42,021 bases of DNA from Octopus bimaculoides. Its lineage: Eukaryota. Position 1 is the stretch's first letter; each line of letters starts with the position of its first letter. Below are positions 34,476 through 42,021 of the stretch, piece after piece. The DNA lies in contig NC_068981.1 in the NCBI RefSeq assembly GCF_001194135.2, positions 137,918,418 through 137,960,438 of the forward strand, read 5' to 3'. Under the pieces are notes generated by a model. It ran no database searches. It was not told the DNA's origin and saw only the letters and a program-made list of their open reading frames with translations. Made by a program: the position numbers and the translations under genes.

Positions 34476-36432
34476 TACATTAAAATCCCTTATCGCAAGG
34501 GAGAGAATCGTGTAGTCAGGAATCAATATAGTTCTTTCCTGTAAAGTTAATGGATTGAATGAAATGAAAATGCATCGTATCTATTATTACATTAGTTTAA
34601 TTTGATTTGATTTTCTCGTCTCATTTTAACTATAAAGACCTTTATATTCGTATACAGAAGACGCCTAATATTTTCTTACCACACTTTCAAATTTTAATTA
34701 TCCAAATTACATCGATACAAAAATCTAATTCTATCTTTTACAATATATTTTTTATTAACACATGTGCATTTTATTTTTATACTCAAGTGTTATCTATTTT
34801 CTTTGGTACAGGAAACCATTGCATGTACTTTACGTTTGTTACGATTCTAGATTGGAAGAAGATTTCTCAAAGCCACTTAATACCTTGCTCTTCATAGCTA
34901 TACTCTTATAATGATACAATAGCATCTTCTTTGCAGATTTACATAGATTTACATTAACATAAGGCTTCTCGCCTTATCTCCTCCACTTGGAAATTGACGT
35001 TGAGATTTAGATTAAAGCGATCGAGTAATGATACCTTTTTAAAAGCGAAATGATTATTTTTGAAACTTTTTCTCTTACGAAAAAGCAGGCAACATGCCAT
35101 CGATTGGCAAAATTACAAAAGTCGAGCTTCAGCTTCTGATTTAAAGAAAATAAGCTGGAAATAAATTATACGAGGAATTTAGAATGGTGGGTTGCGAGAC
35201 ATTATAGTTTTAATGTATTTACATGGCATGGTATTGATTTTGACTACTACATGCATTTTGGCTATAGATAGATTTTGTGTTGCTTGGAATCAAAAATTGC
35301 ATTTACTATTAAGAAACTCGATAACTATAACTGTCCCAGCTATGTGCGTTGTTTCTATAAATATGCCAGGTATAATTTTTGCCAGTTGCTACTAACTACA
35401 GTTGTAAGTTCACTTCAAGCAAAATAAGTGTTGTTGTTGTTGCTCCTTCCCAAGACAGCAATAATCGGGCTTTCTTTTGATCATAGGTTCTCCAATAATA
35501 ACTATTAATTTATGTATTTATTATTCACTTTTTTTCTTCTCAGGTACATTTATTCTTCGAATTACAATATCCAGAAGTTAATTTAATGTTGGCATATTGA
35601 AATTGAGTAATATATATTAAATACCGAATTAAAAATATGTATGCGAGGTAGAGACAATATCATATCCAAAGACCAATATCTATTTCAGTGTTTCTAGAGG
35701 CATGGGAGGCAACTTTATACATACTTCGGTATTATAAGGCCGCATCTACACCATAAAGCATAGATTTTATCACACTATCCAAAAAGTGTTGATGAAAGAA
35801 TCAGTATGTATAAAATATCGTACAATTTCACTAAGTACACATCAAAATCAATACATCCACTCTTTCCTAAAATGACTGCTATCTCTAGATGTTCGAGAGA
35901 CCACAGAGAAGGTCTCTCATTGATTTGTGTAACAGAAAGAGTCGTTGATCTTATAGATTTTATATAGGCGTGACACACGTAACTTAGAAAGTTGTTACAA
36001 GTCAATTATATTACATGATTTATTGTAATTCAAGATCTGGTTTCGTGTTGAGCTTAATTCATTAATGTTGGTATTCAATATTTAACCATGTTGGGTAATT
36101 GATAATTTAGTAGAGATAATGTTACCTAATGTGTTACAGCAGTAATAAAACCACTGAGTAAATATATAGTTAAACGGCATGCATGAAAATATACTAATTT
36201 TATATAAATATCATATGTGAGCGCGTGTGCTGGTACAGCAACCTTTCCCGCCACACACATATTTCTAAGGCTGAAAACTCTTCAAAAGTTACTCAGTGAC
36301 GCCTAGTTTCATGCACAACTCTTTTTAAAGGGTAACATATGGATAATATCTACGATGTTTTGCACTTAAAACTTAATATGTATACACATTACAAATATAT
36401 ATGTGCGTATTATATAAATATGCATGTATACA

Positions 36433-36477
<45 letters not shown>

Positions 36478-36699
36478 TTGTTTAAAAGAGTTCCAACACT
36501 GTCTGTTTTTTATGTTTTATTTATATTCCTGCAGAACCAATGTGGGGTATAGAATATGGAATATACAATATATAATATAAAATAAAATAAAATAAAAATG
36601 GATGGCACCATGAAATAAATATTGAATGTAGATGAAATATTGAGTGTTCAATATAAAGGATCAAATATATAAATATAAATATTAATATATAAAGGCTCT

Positions 36700-36990
36700 A
36701 TAAGCTTCCTAAATTCGGTGTTATATCTCTCCTCTATTTCCTGGTAGAGTTTTTGTTCCAAGTAACCCATCACCGAATTCGCATAAACGGGAGCAAACCT
36801 CGTCCCCATAGCCGTGCCTTTAATTTGGATATAGTTCTTACCATTGAAGAAGAACGTATTATTTTCCAGGATAAGTCTCACTGATTCTAGTATAAATGTC
36901 ACCGTGTACCTGTTGGGAATTGCTTCTCTGTGTTTGTTTACCCAGTATTCAACCGCCTTTATTCTTAAATCATGTGGGATTATATATATA
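36700..36990 (-). mobile_element. Penelope-like reverse transcriptase fragment
   Basis: FILESVRLILENNTFFFNGKNYIQIKGTAMGTRFAPVYANSVMGYLEQKL contains the PLE RT motif QxxGTAMGxxxAPxYANLxMGxLE. Confidence 0.88.
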
Positions 36991-36994
36991 TATA

Positions 36995-37037
<43 letters not shown>

Positions 37038-37256
37038 ATGTATATATATATATNNNNNNNNNNNNNNNNNNNNNNNNNNNNNNNNNNNNNNNNNNNNNNN
37101 NNNNNNNNNNNNNNNNNNNNNNNNNNNNNNNNNNNNNNNNNNNNNNNNNNNNNNNNNNNNNNNNNNNNNNNNNNNNNNNNNNNNNNNNNNNNNNNNNNNN
37201 NNNNNNNNNNNNNNNNNNNNNNNNNNNNNNNNNNNNNNNNNNNNNNNNNNNNNNNN

Positions 37257-37293
<37 letters not shown>

Positions 37294-37561
37294 TGAGATA
37301 TGTATTAGTATTAATGATTCGTGACAAATTGCAATCCGTTTCGTTCTTCTGAACTTACCTAGTTACAGAAGTTAAACAAGTCCATAAGAAGGTACATTGC
37401 AATTTTCCTCGAATTATGAATATATATAAATGTGTGCGTGTGCGTGTGTGTGTGCGTTTGTGTAATATATATCCTCATTAATCAACTGCGTCTTGAACTC
37501 TATCTGACAGTGACTAGTCGTTTCATTATTGACCTTACACACACACACACACACACATTCG

Positions 37562-37599
<38 letters not shown>

Positions 37600-37989
37600 C
37601 ATACATACATACATACATACATACATACATACATACATACATACTTACAAGATGGTTGTCCACTCGTGACTTAGGAAGACCATTACTGACTATTAAGAAC
37701 ATCGTGCGCACAGACAATTTATGCGTTATACTTGTGGCACTGCTGGTGACTAATGAACTTGGCTCTTAATAAACGTACGCGCCCGCAGATATTGCACACC
37801 AAGCTTTCCACATTCACTTAAATTCTACATGGAAAATTGCGTCATTTTCCCAAAATACCTACTCCTTCCTTTGCTTGCTTCCTCTATTGGTGGTAATGTT
37901 AAGCGTTGCTTTCCCACTTCCATAATTCACATACTTTCCACGAGGACTTTACACAATCCTTAAATCGTAGATTAGGTTTCAGCTGCCGG

Positions 37990-39950
37990 TGTCTTCCACA
38001 ATCAAGTTTGCCATGCAGCACCTGCTTAGGAATGCTCCGATCATTCATCCGAACAAGGTGTCTAGTTCAACGTAAACAGTGTTTGTGTACTATCGTCACA
38101 AAACTCAGGACATTGGTTCTCTTTGAAGGACCTCTGTGTTTGGAGTCCACAAGGACCAGCCAATATTTAGTATATGTCTCAGAGATTTCTGATGGAACCA
38201 TTCAAGGTCGCCCACATGATGACTATGAAGGGTTCATATCTTGCATGAGTAAATGAGGAGCATCAATACATATGGACGGTACACAATAACTTTTGTTCAC
38301 CTTGTGATGTCGTGTTGAGACCAGACACGGAACTTAAGAGTCCCGAAGAGATTAGTTGCTTTCTGAAACATTCATCATCCAAGAAACAAGAACGGCTACT
38401 TGTTCTGCTTCGGTAGACAAACTTGTCAACCGTGTTTTAGTACTTCCCCTTTCACTGAGACTGATGATTTCCCAAATGTGTTACCTGATGCTGGCTTGAA
38501 CATTATAACAGGCTAATGTTGAGTCCAGTTGCCTTGCAAGGTGTATGAAAATGATACATGAGAATGTGTGAATCTTCACCTGTATGGGCAACTTAGTCAC
38601 AGACATCCGTATAAAGGAGAGATTGAAAAACATTCGTATTGGCAGCAAATCTACATGGAAACTGTAGAGAAGAACAAAATCAGGAAAAAGTCGATGGACT
38701 CCATACTAAGTTCTATCATATAGATAGTTCTAAAACACTTCGGTTACACTGACCGATTTATAACTGTCGTACAAATGGTCTACGACAATATGGTTGAACT
38801 TGCAAATCATCGAATAAATATCTCTGAAGAATTTTCAATCACAAACGTATCGAAGTAAATATGTGAATTTGTATTTCCTTCAACATTTCTCCCGCTTGAA
38901 TTGACAGTCATGTTAACAACAAACAACTCCGGAGTTGAATCAAGTTGGCTTCGATAAGGATTTCTTAAGCTATCTAGAGCCAGCTCATAAAGACTAATCA
39001 GCGTCACCTCGATCACCGGACTGCAGTTTGTGGACGATAACACTTTGCTTACTCGTGTGAAGACATGCAAGAGCTTAACATCAGGAACACATATTCTCGC
39101 TTTATTCTAACAATGAACATCTAGAAAACGAAGGTGTTTACTCATCATGTTCCAAGTAGACATCTTCTATAGTTCAATATTACCATCTCCAGCACACCTC
39201 CCGAACGGTGGATCATGTCTTTTACACTAGAACCGTATTCTCGATCCAATTTAAGTCAAAGAAAGATGCGGAAGACATGATACATTTTAGTAAGATTTTA
39301 CTGCCACTTATATATAAATAAAAACTGAAATCCAACAAACAAAATTCATTGCGTGTGTATCTGTCGTTCTTCCAGCCTTTCTTTATGGATACAAAATATG
39401 AATTCTATTGACAGATAGAATTATCTTAGAATAATCTTAGAATTAGAATAATAGTATAATCTTAGAATTAGAAAATTTTACTCGTAGAAATTTCGATGAA
39501 CCTTGACAAATAAATGGAAAAACTTCGTTGTCATCTTTATTGTATTTGATAAAATAGCAAGTTAATGACCTCACCTGGTTTCTCTGCTAGATTAACTACA
39601 GCGAACTCGACATGATTAAGCAAACTATTCGGCAAACCTCTGTGACGATACATTCAACATATCAAAAAGAGTCAGAGAGAGGCAAATGTTAGCCATAAAA
39701 CGTGCAAAGAACAAGCAGCAGATAGAGAACTCTTGTGTGAATTCATCTCAACTGCTGCAGAAATTTTTGATTAAAAACGTTGCAGAAGCGTCAAGGGCAA
39801 GCAACATGGACAAAAAATACTCCGAGCACAATTATGTGCACCTTTGTCAGTCAAGTGCAAGAGTAAGAGGTTTCATCAAACATCGCTCTCTCTTTCTCCT
39901 CATTCACCAGAAATTCGAACGCGAACAATGAGAAAGATTTAAATGAATGA
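37990..39950 (+). mobile_element. Decayed RTE (BovB/RTE-1-like) LINE
   Basis: IVLKHFGYTDRFITVVQMVYDNM...SEEFSITNVSK*IC-FVFPSTF, GLQFVDDNTL (FADD-like) and SVVLPAFLYGY. Boundaries are approximate. Confidence 0.78.
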
Positions 39951-40089
39951 ATTGAATAAATGAACAGAGAAAAGATAAATTAGGAGGAAAAATTAAAAAA
40001 ATGGAAGACAATTATTGAAGTTTTTACTCATTCGTATCTGTATCAACATGCAAATAGTTCTTCATTCTTATATTCACTGTAACTCCCCT

Positions 40090-40711
40090 AAGTACGCACG
40101 CACGCACACACGCGCGCGCGTTTTGTATTTAGTGAAACGTAATAAGTAATCCATATGTTTCTACGTATGAGACAGGCGTCTATCGCTAAAATAAGATATA
40201 AATGTTTCTTTTCATTTTGGATTTTTAACTGCTATTCTCATACATACATACATACATACATGCATATGCATAAACATACACTCATACATGTATGTGAATA
40301 TGTGAGTTCATGTAAATATATATACTATATATATATACATATCTAAATACATACATATATACACACACATATATATATATATATATATACATACATGCAT
40401 ATATATATATATATATATATATACATTCATATATACATATATACATACATATATACATGCATACATACATATATACATACATATATGCATACATACATAC
40501 ATACATACATACATACATACATAAATATATATACATGCACACATACATATTTACATGCATATATATATATATATATATAAACAAAATAAGGTGTCTATGT
40601 GTGTTTGTGTGTGTATCTGATTGTGTGGTGGAATGCGCGTATGTATATGAAGTATATGCACGATCTATACTTATAAATGTACATTTGTATATTCGTATAC
40701 ACACACACACG

Positions 40712-40757
<46 letters not shown>

Positions 40758-40940
40758 TGAATGTATGGATAAATGTATGGATGAATAATTGGATACATAG
40801 ATATAAATGTGTATATAACTATATGTACCTACGTGTGTGTGCGTGTCTGTGTGTGTGTGTGTGTGTAAATTATGCATGTACGCTTATAAAAACCCTACAA
40901 ATGCACACACACACACACACACACGTATATATACACACTG
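40090..40940. repeat. Large compound microsatellite block (ATAC/AT/CA/GT)
   Basis: Visible directly; accounts for all ORFs at 40155-41002. Confidence 0.92.
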
Positions 40941-41033
40941 ATAAAGACTGTAAACATCCGATTTTTCCTGTATCAATAAATAATATATTAGACAAGTATT
41001 AATTTGAAAGCATTTATAACCTAAGTTGTGTTC

Positions 41034-41080
41034 CTTGTGTCAGACACTTGTGTCAGACACTTGTGTCAGACACTTGTGTC
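41034..41080. repeat. 13-bp tandem repeat CTTGTGTCAGACA, about 3.6 copies
   Basis: Exact copies start at 41034, 41047 and 41060, with a partial copy at 41073. Confidence 0.92.
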
Positions 41081-41197
41081 TATTCTTTAATCATTCATAT
41101 GAATAATACACAGAAATGAGAACATTTCTATCTCGTTGATCACTTTCCTAAAGTTACTGCACAAAAAAATGTTATTTTTTAAACTATAAATATCTGT

Positions 41198-41237
<40 letters not shown>

Positions 41238-41324
41238 AAAGCAATGAACTAACATTATTGAAGAGAACACAGAAGAGATAAATTTTAACAAATATTGTAT
41301 ATAATTAACACTTCAAATGAAAGA

Positions 41325-41365
41325 AAAGAGTCTTGACGTTTCGGATGCTACCTCTTCATCATAAA
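41325..41365 (-). ncRNA. Degenerate minimal hammerhead-like motif at the end of a Penelope-like 3' remnant (about 41320-41760)
   Basis: The minus strand reads tttt-ATGATGA-agaggtagcatcc-GAA-ACGT-C-aaga. GAAACGTC is the classic minimal PLE hammerhead tail; core C3 is changed to A and stem II is imperfect. Confidence 0.5.
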
Positions 41366-41594
41366 ATATATGGAAGAGAATAAAAGAGAAGGAAAGAGAA
41401 AAGTGGTTGGAAGAAAAACAAATGAGCGTTGGAATAGGGACAAGGTAAGAAGGCCTTTCTGAGAATGCCCGTATAGGAGTGTTACCATATATTTCGATGG
41501 TCATAACGTGGATGTCTATATATGCGTAATGGTATTGTGTGTAAAGAAAACGTGCTAAAAAGGAGGAAAAAACAAGCGCGTGTATAATGTTAAA

Positions 41595-41648
41595 GGTAAA
41601 GCAAAAAAAAAAGGTAAAGCAAAAAAAAAGGTAAAGCAAAAAAAAAAA
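41595..41648. repeat. Three copies of GGTAAAGC(A)9-11
   Basis: Visible directly. Confidence 0.85.
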
Positions 41649-41918
41649 TGTAGATAGAGCGGTATTTCCCATTGATAACAGCTAAAATACCAGAAAAGCA
41701 TCTGTGAATACAACAGAGTGCAGCACTGGACGGATAAGGTGTTGTAACAGTCTTTTTTTTTACCATGAGAGAGATTTTTTTTTCTCCACCCTAACTGCAG
41801 TGAATTTGCCTTTACAAGTTGAAATCTGTCATAAACATATTTTAACTTACCTAAATTTCGCTTACGCCTAAACACTGCTTGACGCTGATACTGCTGTAAT
41901 AACCACATGCATACATAC

Positions 41919-41976
<58 letters not shown>

Positions 41977-42021
41977 CGGTGAGTGGACAAATGTAAGAAT
42001 AAAGCGCTCAACACATTTAGT

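Noticed and set aside
533-41002. Numerous ORF-track entries made of X runs or YI/CV/HT repeats
   Set aside because: They are translations of N gaps and microsatellites.

Overview
Eukaryotic draft-assembly window: AT-rich, with many N gaps and very dense (AT)n/(GT)n/(ATAC)n microsatellites. The SINE families resemble those of octopus, so a cephalopod source is inferred from recognition, not from a search. No intact, recognisable host gene was found; the window is mostly layered transposon fossils. DNA elements: a TTAA-flanked piggyBac with a decayed DDD transposase, a mariner 3' fragment, a mariner-derived MITE, Helitron-type pieces and a 219-bp near-perfect hairpin. Retroelements: a near full-length Tx1/L1-clade LINE, several R4/Dong-like REL-endonuclease LINE remnants, RTE remnants, a Gypsy pol remnant, Penelope-like pieces and more than 10 tRNA-derived SINEs. 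The most notable non-routine signal is five dispersed minimal hammerhead-ribozyme-like motifs, each with a palindromic stem III; one has an intact catalytic core. Other points of interest are a 69/78-nt higher-order in-frame repeat in the LINE ORF1, a single 29-nt duplication that splits LINE ORF2, and several nested insertions whose order can be reconstructed. I see no convincing evidence of a wholly new multi-gene system. Boundaries of decayed elements are approximate and were read by eye.
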